From Octopus sinensis (lineage: Eukaryota): a stretch of DNA of 64,000 nt. Each line of letters opens with the position of its first letter. The first letter of the stretch is position 1. The stretch lies in the NCBI RefSeq assembly GCF_006345805.1, contig NC_042998.1:32674001-32738000 (forward strand). The letters run 5' to 3'. Positions 51,191 through 61,985 of the stretch are shown in pieces. Under the pieces are notes generated by a model, which was not told the origin of the DNA, searched no databases, and was given only the letters and a program-made list of their open reading frames with translations. The position numbers and the translations under genes are program-made.

Positions 51191-51535
51191 ATATTATATT
51201 AAATTAGAGACAAAACCACTATTATGCAAATCAAACAAAGAAAGACTTAAGCCAATAAATAAATTAATTTATATTATTTAGAAATTTAACAATTATTAAA
51301 ATCCACTACGATCGTTTCACGTCTTCTTTTATCACAAAACTCGTCAAGAATATTTTGAAACCACCTGAAGAATGTCTACTACTCAAAGATGTGATAAAAG
51401 AAGGCATTAAACGATCGTAGTGGATTTTAATAATTGTTAAATTTCTAAATAATATAAATTAATTTATGTATTGGCTTAAGTCTTTCTTTGTTTGATTTGC
51501 ATAATAGTGGTTTTGTCTCTAATTTAATATAATAT
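51191..51535. repeat. ~128-bp-arm inverted repeat (family E); related IR at 29503-29800
   Basis: Arms 51191-51319 and 51408-51535. A further shared module at 51545-51620 is the reverse complement of 29405-29485. Confidence 0.85.
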
Positions 51536-51892
51536 AATATTTTACTATAAAATTGGATTCAATCCTAAATCTGATTTTTCCCTGTAAGTTTGGATTTATT
51601 CCCTAATATTTATTATTATATTACTATATATATATATAGTAATAATATGACAACAAAAGAATGAATGAGACCTCGATATTATGTAAATAGAAGAATTTAT
51701 ATATAAATATAATATGTGACAATTATTCAGTCGCCATAATAAAACTATGAGAGTTTTTACTTTCTCCCCTTTGGATTTTTTCCCTTTATTTAATGGTCAT
51801 TCTAATAGCACTTTTGTTTGTCTTAATAACAGTCATTTACATAGTAATTTCCCTTTGTTTAACGGTCATTTTCATAGCATTTTTGTTTGTTT

Positions 51893-51955
51893 TAATAACT
51901 GACGAGATGCTGGAGCAGATTTCCGCCCCCACATCCGAAACTCAGAGTTTTATTA
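51893..51955 (+). ncRNA. Type-I HHR motif (family D)
   Basis: TAATAA-CTGACGA-GATG...CATC-C-GAA-ACTC-a-GAGT-T-TTATTA, with a 6-bp stem I. A relative lies at 21437-21495 (-) with CTGAAGA. Confidence 0.65.
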
Positions 51956-51980
51956 TGGCAACCGAATAATTTTTACATAT

Positions 51981-52012
<32 letters not shown>

Positions 52013-52372
52013 AAACTATTGACTTTCATTTATTTCTTTTGCCACATTTATCACTGACGGCATATTTGGCATTAGAAGTTTTTTCGTTTGCCCTTATTTA
52101 TAAGTTGTTTATAATTTTAACCATTAAAGGTATTTTTTAATATGCTGGCCATTGATAAAATTTTTTTCGAAAAAAAAAAATTTATCCTACATTAAATATA
52201 TATATATAACAAATGAAAGAAAGACAGGATTCAATTCACGAGATTGAGATTCTGTACTAATCACAATGATCATTTTGACTTATCTTGCATTGGTCCCTTG
52301 CAGGTGAGATACTATACGACTGGTTGTGGTAAATCCATCTGTGCAGATGTGTCTCATGAGGTGACTTTTGAA

Positions 52373-52424
52373 AGCCACCTGACGTGTCACATCTGGAAGA
52401 TGGGTCAAAACGATCATTGTGACT
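52373..52424 (+). ncRNA. Degenerate HHR motif (family G) inside nested inverted repeats
   Basis: AGCCAC-CTGACGT-GTC...GTC-AAAAC-GATC-ATT-GTGACT. The mirrored copy gives AGTCAC-CTCATGA-GAC. The inferred consensus is AGTCAC-CTGATGA-GAC...GTC-GAAAC-GATC-GTT-GTGACT. Confidence 0.4.
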
Positions 52425-52644
52425 AATAAAGAATCTTGTGAATTCCATTTTCTCTTTCTCTTGTTTGCTATGTACTTGACAGACACTGAGGTATTCCTGA
52501 GGTAGATCCAGTGGCATTTATATCCATGCCGTTGCTCAGTATGGATAGAAATGTAGCCAGAGATGATTTCAAGTAGATAATGAAAGTGCTTGAGTTAGCA
52601 AAATACCAGGTGTATACCCAAGTTTAAAAATATATATACGTGGA

Positions 52645-52970
52645 GACACCCCCTTCGGTCATGAATGACCAAGGGATTGCACATTAGTTATCGTCCGAGA
52701 CACAAGTCTGGAAAAGGTAGTTCATAGAAGGCCACCAGTTGCCCATGCATACCAGCCTCCCCTCTCCACACCACTGATATCCAAGGGAAAGGCAACGGCC
52801 GATACAGTTTGGCACCAGTAATGTTGTAATTCAGTTCTACAGATGAGTGAAATGGAGCAATAGGAAATAAAGTGTCTTGTTCAAGAACACAACACACAGC
52901 CCGGTCTGGGAATCAAACTCACAATCTCACGATCGTAAGCTTGATGCTCTGACCACTGAGCCATGTGTAT
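52645..52970 (-). mobile_element. tRNA-derived SINE S4 (V-SINE-like core TGTGTTCTTGAACAAGACACTT)
   Basis: Minus-strand head CATGGCTCAGTGGTCAGAGC...GTGAGTTTGATTCCC. Other copies lie at about 1355-1615, 12680-12810, 31090-31190, 57790-58400 (split) and 62120-62335. Confidence 0.7.
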
Positions 52971-52979
52971 ACAGTATAT

Positions 52980-53020
<41 letters not shown>

Positions 53021-53346
53021 TTAGCGTCCGCTTTCCATGCTAGCATGGGTTGGACGGTTCAACTGGGGTCTGTGAAGCCAGAAGGCTACACCAGGCTCCA
53101 GTCTGATCTGGCAGTGTTTCTACGGCTGGATGCCCTTCCTAACGCCAACCACTCCGTGAGTGTAGTGGGTGCTTTTTACGTGCCACCCACATATATATAT
53201 ATATATATATAATCATTAGAGATATAGCGTGAAAAATTGTTACTTTGATAAAATCAACAAATTTCATTTAGTAGTTTTTCGGCATGGAAAAGGACCATAT
53301 TCGGTAAAAACTTATACAAAAAGTTTTTTTATATATAAATACAACA

Positions 53347-53470
53347 ATAAGGGTTTAGCAACAAGTTGCTGTGGAAACATATTTTTGTAGAAAAAGGAAA
53401 TAGTAGTCTTTTGGCTGCTATTTCTAAAATTTTTGGTATGTGGTCAAGCAACTTGTTGCTAAACCCTTAT
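53347..53470. repeat. 124-bp element with perfect 24-bp terminal inverted repeats (MITE-like)
   Basis: ATAAGGGTTTAGCAACAAGTTGCT / AGCAACTTGTTGCTAAACCCTTAT. Confidence 0.75.
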
Positions 53471-53741
53471 ATTTATATATATATATATACATATAATATG
53501 GTGACAAGGTCATGTGTATGATAGATTTTGGCTGGACTTGTATTTAATTTAGATTCTATCTGAACAATTCAGTTGACTTCAACCTGAATATATGGCAATT
53601 AACAATAAATGCACACAAACATGCAAATTTTGCAATATGCATTAATTCCTGCTGAATGATACACAGGTGCAGAAATGAAACGAAGTAATTAACTGCTGAA
53701 TAAAACTGGATATAAATCTTTGTTCACCTTTATTATAACTT

Positions 53742-53777
<36 letters not shown>

Positions 53778-53793
53778 TAGAATCTAGCAAAAA

Positions 53794-53831
53794 CTGTCTG
53801 ATGAACGGCAACGAGAAACTCAGAGTAACAG
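53794..53831 (+). ncRNA. Minimal type-I HHR motif (family C)
   Basis: CTGT-CTGATGA-A-CG-gcaa-CG-A-GAA-ACTC-a-GAGT-A-ACAG. Core is canonical, stem III is ACTC/GAGT and the site is GUA. Relatives lie at 29183-29228 (-), 29323-29368 (+) and 18245-18287 (-). Confidence 0.7.
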
Positions 53832-53933
53832 ATTTTGTTGAATTTTCTGCTGCTTAAAATAAAGCATATTACTCTACCACTGGTATTTGAGTACTCTTTT
53901 TTCCACCTTGTTTCACATTTATGTGTTTACTCC

Positions 53934-53979
<46 letters not shown>

Positions 53980-54625
53980 TCAAATCTTAACTACAATTGT
54001 AGTTAAGATACCTGTGCTGGTGACACGTAAAAAGCACCGTCCGGATGTGACTGATGCCAGCGCCACCTGATTGGCATCCATGTTGGTGACACATAATAAC
54101 ACCAACCGATCGTGGGCGTTTGCCAGCCTCCTGTGGCACGTAAAAAGCACCCACTACACTCACGGAGTGGTTGGTGTTAGGAAGGGCATCAAGCTGTAGA
54201 AACTCTGCCATGTCAGACTGGAGCCTGGTGCAGCCTCCTGGTTTCTCAGACACCCGGTTGAACCGTCCAACCCATGCTAGCATGGAAAACGGACGTTAAG
54301 CGATGATGATGATATATATACTGTAGACAGGTGCATTTGTCATCCAAGAGTGTTCTTCATTTCCAAGAGGCCATGAAGCGATGAATAAATGACCTGCCAG
54401 GCGAAAATAATACCTTACTTGAAAACAGCTGAGTGACAGAAAGGGCGCTAGACTGTAAAAAATTTGGTCCAATAAATTCTTTTTCACTTATACCAGCATG
54501 GAAAAGTAGATGTTAAGACAGTGATAATAATGATGACTATGATGATGATATATATATGTATATATATATATATGTATAATACAATAATAAATCTCTGAAT
54601 GAGATGTAAACAGTAACCGCTCAAC

Positions 54626-54856
54626 AACGTAAAGTATACTAGCCATCTCAATATGGCTAACCACTAAGGGTGGGTGTTACTGTAGCTTTTAGTCCCAGGA
54701 GATCATCGTCTCCAGCTGGCTTTAGGCACACTTTCTGTGCCCTTATGATATTTGCAAAGGGAGGTCATCCCTCTCTCGTAAACCTAAGGTTTACGGGAGA
54801 GGGATGACCCACCCTTAGTGGTTAGCCATATTGAGATGGCTAGTATACTTTACGTT
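54626..54856. repeat. Perfect 50-bp inverted repeat with inner hairpin
   Basis: 54626-54675 is the exact reverse complement of 54807-54856. An inner hairpin spans 54763-54809 (22-bp arms, TAA loop, one G-T). Confidence 0.9.
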
Positions 54857-54859
54857 ATA

Positions 54860-55029
54860 TATAATACAGTTTTGTATTTAAGAGATGACGAATTATGTAC
54901 ATTAATTATGTTTGACGGATATTTGTCCTCATCTTGTTTGTTGTTAACACAATGTTTCAGCTGATATACCCTCCAGCCTTCATCATGTGTCTTGGGGAAA
55001 TTTTGATCCTGGGTTCTCATTCCTAAGGT
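54860..55029 (-). mobile_element. Family A 3' part (inverted, headless) with degenerate HHR at 54946-54991
   Basis: Reverse complement of the 55480-55610 region. It is joined directly at CCTAAGGT to the GIY-YIG remnant. Confidence 0.8.
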
Positions 55030-55327
55030 GGGAAATTGTGGAATGAAACATGCCGCCCATTCAAAATAAGGGTTGACGAACATCGCAAAGCTGTGACACT
55101 TGGAGATATTGATAAATCAGGTCTAGCTGATAATGTATGGGAAAATGGAGACCACTTTCCGCTGTGGGATGAAGTTAAAATAATAGACAGTGAACACTAC
55201 TGGGAAATATGAAAACTAACAGAAGCGGCACATATGCTAGGACAACTTTCTAAGCAGACCTCGTGCAGATATGAGTAGCATATGGGAATCAGTATTAAGG
55301 AAGGATAGGAAAATATTAGATTTATAA
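55030..55327 (+). pseudogene. Penelope-like element GIY-YIG endonuclease C-terminal remnant
   Basis: Translation from 55030: GKLWNETCRPFKIRVDEHRKAVTLGDIDKSGLADNVWENGDHFPLWDEVKIIDSEHYWEI*KLTEAAHMLG, then after a frameshift LSRPRADMSSIWESVLRKDRK. This follows the PLE pattern (Y)xGETxRxxxxRxxEH...KSxxAxH.W...H...W..VKI(I/L)D.E...R..xEA. It has one TGA (likely CGA decay) and one frameshift. Confidence 0.85.
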
Positions 55328-55356
55328 ACCCTAAAATTCACTATATAATTGCCCCC

Positions 55357-55607
55357 GGGCATATGTTATAGTGGTTAAGAGCATGGGCTACTAACCCCAA
55401 GATTCCAAGTTTGATTCCAAGCAGTGACCTGAATGGTAATAATAATAGTAATAATAATACGATTAACATCGAAAAATACCTTAGGAATGAGAACCCAGTT
55501 TCGAAATTTCCCCAAGACACCTGATGAAGGCTGGAGGGTATATCAGCCAAAACATTGTGTTAACAACAAACAAGATGAGGACAAATATCTGTCAAATGTA
55601 AATAATG

Positions 55608-55610
<3 letters not shown>
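55357..55610 (+). mobile_element. Family A unit: tRNA-like head + (AAT)n + hammerhead-bearing tail
   Basis: A-box-like TAGTGGTTAAG, anticodon-like arm GGG-CTACTAA-CCC, B-box-like AGTTTGATTCC, then (AAT)n and GACAC-CTGATGA-A-GGCTG...CAGCC-AAAAC-ATT-GTGTT (55516-55561, CpG-decayed HHR). Confidence 0.8.
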
Positions 55611-55659
<49 letters not shown>

Positions 55660-56809
55660 ATATATATATAATATATATATATATATACATATATATATGC
55701 AAATAAATTAGGGTATCGAAATACCAGTTTGCCAGAAATAGGAGTCAGCACCCCAAAGCCATAAATTTCTCACTATAAATGAACGTGCACAGTTAATGTA
55801 GCAAATATAAGTAAACTAGGCCTTACCTTTGCAAAAACTACAAAGTAAAGAAGAGTTATCTCGGTATCAATTGATTTCACCTTCTGTGCTAAAGCACTTA
55901 GGATCATCAGCCAAGCTCACTGTATAAAGCTATTTTTCAAAATATATTCACTACACCATGCACGTCAGTTCACATGAATGTCCCTGCAACACTCAAAAGC
56001 AAGCAAAAAGTACCATTTCCTCTTCTGTAGAATTTGAGGGCTCAAAGCAAGACATGCTGTTAGACAAGTGAAGATAATTATAGTTGTGGAATAAGTAGAT
56101 AGAAAAAATACTTGTGGGCCAGAGGTTTTAATATGTTAATCACTGAATTATTTGCCAATCAGTTGCATGACCTTCATTAACAACTCTTTGCATGAAACTA
56201 TGTTAAAAAAAAGAAAAAGAAAAGAAGAAAATCAGTATTTTTCCTTTGTGGTTTCCATTACTTTTTCCCGTGTGTGAAACAAGTTTCCACCACAATTTTA
56301 TGGAAATTAATTTGGGATATATTCAGTGTCATAAACACTTTAAAATTGTAGTCGGACAGTAACGAAATGTGTTATCTATATATTTACTATTTCAGATAAT
56401 CGTTAGGTGTAAAGTAACAAATACACCTCACATCTATTAGCTGAGAAGTTAATGGCCAATGTTTGTCTTGATATTTTATTGATCTCTACACTATAATCAG
56501 CTGCCTTGGATTGGAACGTAATAAAGTACTTTTTTTCTTTTCTTAGTCATACTTTTGGGACTCGTTTATGTAAATATCTGAGAAGAATTTTTCTTCTCTA
56601 AAATTAAATGACTAAATCCTTATCCTTGAATAGGTTTTATCAAGCGGCATTTCAGATGTGGCAAACTTAATGGCCCCCCACCACCTCGTAATTATTTCAG
56701 GAATTCACGTCTTCTTATTTCATTAATAGTTCCAGAATGCATTTCTGTGGATATTCAATAAAGTTTACAAGAATGATGAGAAAGAAGAGAGGAAAGAGGA
56801 AGATAATTG

Positions 56810-57085
56810 TAGTGATGATGGTGATGATGATAAGAGGGATGGTGGTTAAGATACAAGTCATGAAGATAATTAGGGTCACCAACATTATAATTATCAACAA
56901 GGAGTACCACCACCATCACCGCCACCACAGGTGCACTGGCCATCAATGTTATTGTCACTACCATCATCATCACAATAATCATCAACGCTATTGTTATTAT
57001 TATCCTCATCATCATCATCATCATCACAACGAATATCAATGTTATTATCACTATGATCGTCATCACGTCTCCACCATCATCATCA
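56810..57085. repeat. Degenerate (GAT)/(CAT)/(CAC) low-complexity tract
   Basis: Direct reading. It explains the His-rich ORFs. Confidence 0.85.
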
Positions 57086-58008
57086 TTGTATAAAAGAAAA
57101 CTGAAGCAACCCATTCATTATGCGCCTCATTCTCTAAGAGTTAAGATAAAAACTGAAGTTACATTGATTTTGCTTTGTCCAAGACAAAGAAATGGTGAAG
57201 AAGACAAAGTGAATTTTAAGCCAAGAATTTTGCCATGAAGCATGGATTATTGGGAAATGAGTTTGGCTTCAGTATAGTATCTAACATTATAAAACATTTC
57301 TGAAAATATATGACCTTGCCCTCACGACATTGTGAGGGGTTCGCTTTGGTGAGTCCCATACTTTCTTAGTAACATTGGCCTATTGACAATGAAAAGAATT
57401 AAACTGAGAATTGTAAGCTAAGAGTTGGTTATGAACAAGAATATCACCACCATCATCGTCGTCATCATCGTGGTCGTCATCATTGTTGTCATCATCATCA
57501 TCACCATCATCATCGTCATTGTCATTATTTAACATCTATGTTTGGCTTGGGTGATTTGATAAGGATCCAGTGAATCCAAGGACCACTTCATGCTCCAGTA
57601 CCTACTTTGGCATGATGTTTTCAGCTGGATGCTCTTCCTAAAGCCAGCCACTTTACAATGTGTACTGGGTGCATTTTTTTATGACAACAGTACTATTGAA
57701 GTCACCTTGTTGCTTCCAAATCTACAAATGCAAAGAGGAGGGGTCATGCTATGTATGTATTTGTGTGTGTGTGTGTGTGTGTATAAAAGGGTAAAGACCA
57801 CTTTCAGTCATGAATGACCATGAAATTGTACCTAAAAAGTTATCCTCCAAGGCACAAGATCAGGCAAGGTTGCTTATGATAGACAAGCCTCCATTCTCCA
57901 CACTACAGATGTTATCCAAGGGTAAAGCAAAAGTTGATACAGCTTGGCACCAGTGACGTCTCAACTCATTTCTACAGCTGAGTAAACTGGAGCAACATGA
58001 AATAAAGT

Positions 58009-58184
58009 AGTTTTATATTTAAGAGATGAGGAATTATTTACATTATTTACATTTGATGGATATTTGTCCTCATCTTGTTTGTTGTTAACACAATGTTTTG
58101 GTTGATATACCCTCCAGCCTTCATCAGATGTCTTGCAGAAATTTCGAACCTATCTTCACATTCCTAAGGTATTTTTTGATGTTG

Positions 58185-58220
<36 letters not shown>

Positions 58221-58289
58221 TCACTGCCTGGAATCGAACTCAGAATCTTGGGCTTAGTAGCCTACGCTCTTAACCACTATGGCCGTGGG
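58009..58289 (-). mobile_element. Family A unit, full length, with 13-bp target-site duplication
   Basis: Head with B box GAGTTCGATTCC, (AAT)n and degenerate HHR 58086-58132. It is flanked by CATGAAATAAAGT at 57996-58008 and 58290-58302, inside another SINE. Confidence 0.85.
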
Positions 58290-61131
58290 CATGAAATAAA
58301 GTGCCTTGTTCAAGAACACAACACACAGCCCAGTCCGAGAATTGAACTCACTATCGCATCATCATGAACCTATTGCTCTGACCACTGAGCCATATGCATA
58401 CAACATCATCATCAGCGGTTCAAGAATTTGGACCTGGAGATCTCCATTTCCAGTGACTTCGAGGGCCACTTCCCAGTGGTGTTGGGTGTCAACGAAGAGC
58501 CCTCGACTACAACAAGACAACCAAAGTTTTTTTTTTCCAAGGTCTGGTGTCTCCCGCCCCTAAGCCCTAGACCATCACCTAATCACCTTTACCCGTTTTG
58601 TTGCTTAACAACAACAACAACAACAGCATCATCATCATTGCTCTAGCATCCACTTTTCTGTTTGCTTGGAGTATATTGAAGCAGCTTCCTACAGCCAGAT
58701 GCTTTTGCTGTCACCAACCCTCGTCAGTTTGCAGGTGAAGTAATGTCTTCTCACCTATCAGGGGTAGCATAATTTTGATGCAGTAACAAAATATTATGAC
58801 ATCTGTATGAAAAATTGCACTCAGCCAAGTATAAAAAAATAATTCTGCTGTTTGATTTTAATGCTTTCCTACATTAGAAATATTGGTGGAACCTTCCCAC
58901 CAAAGCTTCAGACAAATGTAAAAGCACCAAATCAAATATGATAGAAACATAAAAGAGAAATAGATGTTTTTATTGAGATGTGTTGTTCAAAAGAAATGAA
59001 CATTTATTTCAGAAAAGAGAACATTTCAGAATAGATGATTTTAAAGCTTTTAGTGTCTCTACTTAAACTTACAAAACTACATGTGTATCAACCATTATTT
59101 ATGTTCCTGCTTATGATACTATTTATCTTAATAACAGTCTAAAAGAGATGGAGTTTGTTCAAGTTAAGTGACCAGCTAATAGCCTTCAGCAAATTCAATT
59201 TGTAAGCACAACAATATAAACCTGTAAGAACGTTCTAGAATTCAACATGCAACTCTTCTTCACAGTTGTTGTTAAACCAGTCCATTATTGGAAGAATTCA
59301 ATAAAGAAAAGAACACATTCACTTCCAGATTTTCATAATTCAAATAGGTATATATGCATTAATAAAACCTTCCCTTCCATGTATTCTTGGGAAAAGGGAG
59401 CCTTGGAAAGTCATTCTTGGAGGGGTCCTGGGTAAGACTTGAAAGTGCATCAAGCAGTGGGGCTTTGGTTCTGCAGTTGCAGGGCTTCTTTCAGTTTCCA
59501 TCTACCAAATCCACTCACAAGGCTTTGGTTGGTCTGAGGCTATAGTAGAAGACACTTACCCAAGGTGCTATGCAGTGGGACTGAACCTGAAACTATGTGG
59601 ATGGTAAGCAAGCTACTTACCACAGAGCCACTCCTGTGCCCATATAGATATATATTTGAGTGCTTGCCTAAGATTATACAGGCTCAATACCAGATCTTTG
59701 TATGGTTTTACTGAGTTCACTAACAGGTCTGTGATGCTCTTTGATTGATCACCACGAAATTAATAAAGTTGTAAGTTGATAATAATGGATTTAGTATTTA
59801 TTTCAATCTGCATAACTGTTTGAAATTAGTTATCCAATTTAGAATTTATGAAATATTCATTTAACAAGCAAACAAAATATGAAGTGAAAGTTATATAATC
59901 TAGTAAAAAGAAGCAATTAAAAATGTATGTAGTTTATTTTGAGGAATCAAAACGATGTCTTTCACTTAATATTTAATGTCTAATTAATCAATGTTAAATA
60001 GTTTTAATAATGATTGCATAAAATGGACACTCAAAAACAAACACAATATCTCGGGAATTAAATATATTTGTCTCCGTTAATATTTCTGTTTATATAAATA
60101 AGCAAAAACTGTTTGTGATGTTGTTTACTGAAACTAGAAGTAAATATATAAAGGCAAAAGTCTGTTTTTGATTTCAGATGACATTTTCTATAAAATAGTA
60201 GCAACACAGTCAATCAGGTGACAAATTCTTCTTAAGATCTGAATTCTTTGAAATATCTTTCAACTGAAAATCTTGTTAGCTACAATATTAGTTCTTGTTA
60301 TAGGATTAATCAACCAGCAGCCATTGATGGTGCATCATCACCATTGTAACATTCTAATATCCATTGTGGCATAATTTGAATGGCTATACACTATCTTGCC
60401 AATTGCATTAGTCATTTATCATTTATTATGTAGGGCCAGCCATTGGTCATTTCATCATTTCTTCTCCTTTCTATGAGTAACCTTCTCAGAAAGCACATAA
60501 CATACTTTCATCACGTGCATATCATACATAACAAGCATAATTTGGTGTATGGGCTTGGCCGTTGCCACCAACTGATCATGGCTGTTGCCAGCCTCCCCTG
60601 GCACCTGTGCTGGTGGCACGTAAAAAGCACCCACTACACCCACGGAGTGGTTGGTATTAGGAAGGGCATCCAGCTATAGAAATACTGCCAGATCAGACTG
60701 GAGCCTGGTGCAGCCTCCTGGCTTCCCAAACCCCAGTCGAACCATCCAACCCATGCTAGCATGGAAAATGAACATTAAACGATGATGATGATGATCTCTT
60801 AGGAAAAGATTCAAGTCCTTTTTTTGTAAAGAGTTTTAAGTTAAAATAAACAGGTAAGTTTTCAAGACTTATAATAGATAGTGTTGTTTAAATTCTGTGT
60901 CAGGTGCTTGAAGTTTTTAGTCAGTAAATTTTAAATCAGGGGCAGGAGTGACTGTGTGGTAAGTAGCTTGTTTACCAACCACATGGTTCTGGGTTCAGTC
61001 CTACTGCATGGCACCTTGGGCAAGTGTCTTCTGCTATAGCCTCGGGTCGACCAAAGCCTTATGAGTGGATTTGGTAGATGGAAACTGAAAGAAGCCCATC
61101 GTATATATATGTGTGTGTGTGTGTGTATGTT

Positions 61132-61167
<36 letters not shown>

Positions 61168-61200
61168 GTGATAATAATAATAGTAAAAGGAAGAAGAACA

Positions 61201-61232
<32 letters not shown>

Positions 61233-61269
61233 AGCAGCAGCAAAAGCAGCAACAACAACAACAACAACA

Positions 61270-61985
61270 ACATTGAAAAATACCTTAGGAATGAGAACCC
61301 AGGTTCAAAATTTCCCCAAGACACCTAATTAAAGCTGGGGGGTATATCAACTGAAACGTTGTGTTAGCAACAAACAAGATGAGGACAAATATCCGTCAAA
61401 AGTAAATAATGTAGATGAAATTGTATTATTAACATTTTGGTCATTGCCATGTTGACCTCTAGGATTTTAACTTCTATACAATAAGCAATATATTATGGCA
61501 AATATAATTTGTACACAAAACTATCTTTTTAATCAAGTAAATATAAAGAATTGTTCAACATCTTTTGTTGTTATTTACATTTGACAGATATTTGTCCTCA
61601 TCTTGTTTGTTGTTAACGTGTTTCAGCTGATACACCTTCCAGCCTTCATCAGGTGCCTTGAGGAAATTTCGAACCTGGGTTCTCAAATATCTGTCAAATG
61701 TAAATAATGTACATAATTCCTCATCTCTTAAATATAGAACTTTATTATCTAATTGGTACGGAGCCAATATTAGACTTCATTGGGGGACATATAGAGAAAC
61801 TCCATCAAAATCTATGAGAACCCAGGTTCGAAATTTCCCCAAGACACCTGATGAATGTTGGAGGGTATATCAGCCAAAACATTGTGTTAAAAAACAAACA
61901 AGATGAGGAGAAATATCTGTCAAATGTAAATAATGTAAATAATGAAAATAATTCCTCATCTCTTAAATATAGAACTGTATCTTTT
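61270..61985. mobile_element. Cluster of family A tails (+ 61270-61410; - 61560-61682; + 61683-61740; + 61812-61985)
   Basis: Repeated GAGAACCCAGGTTCGAAATTTCCCCAAGACACCTGATGAA... modules in both orientations. Confidence 0.75.
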
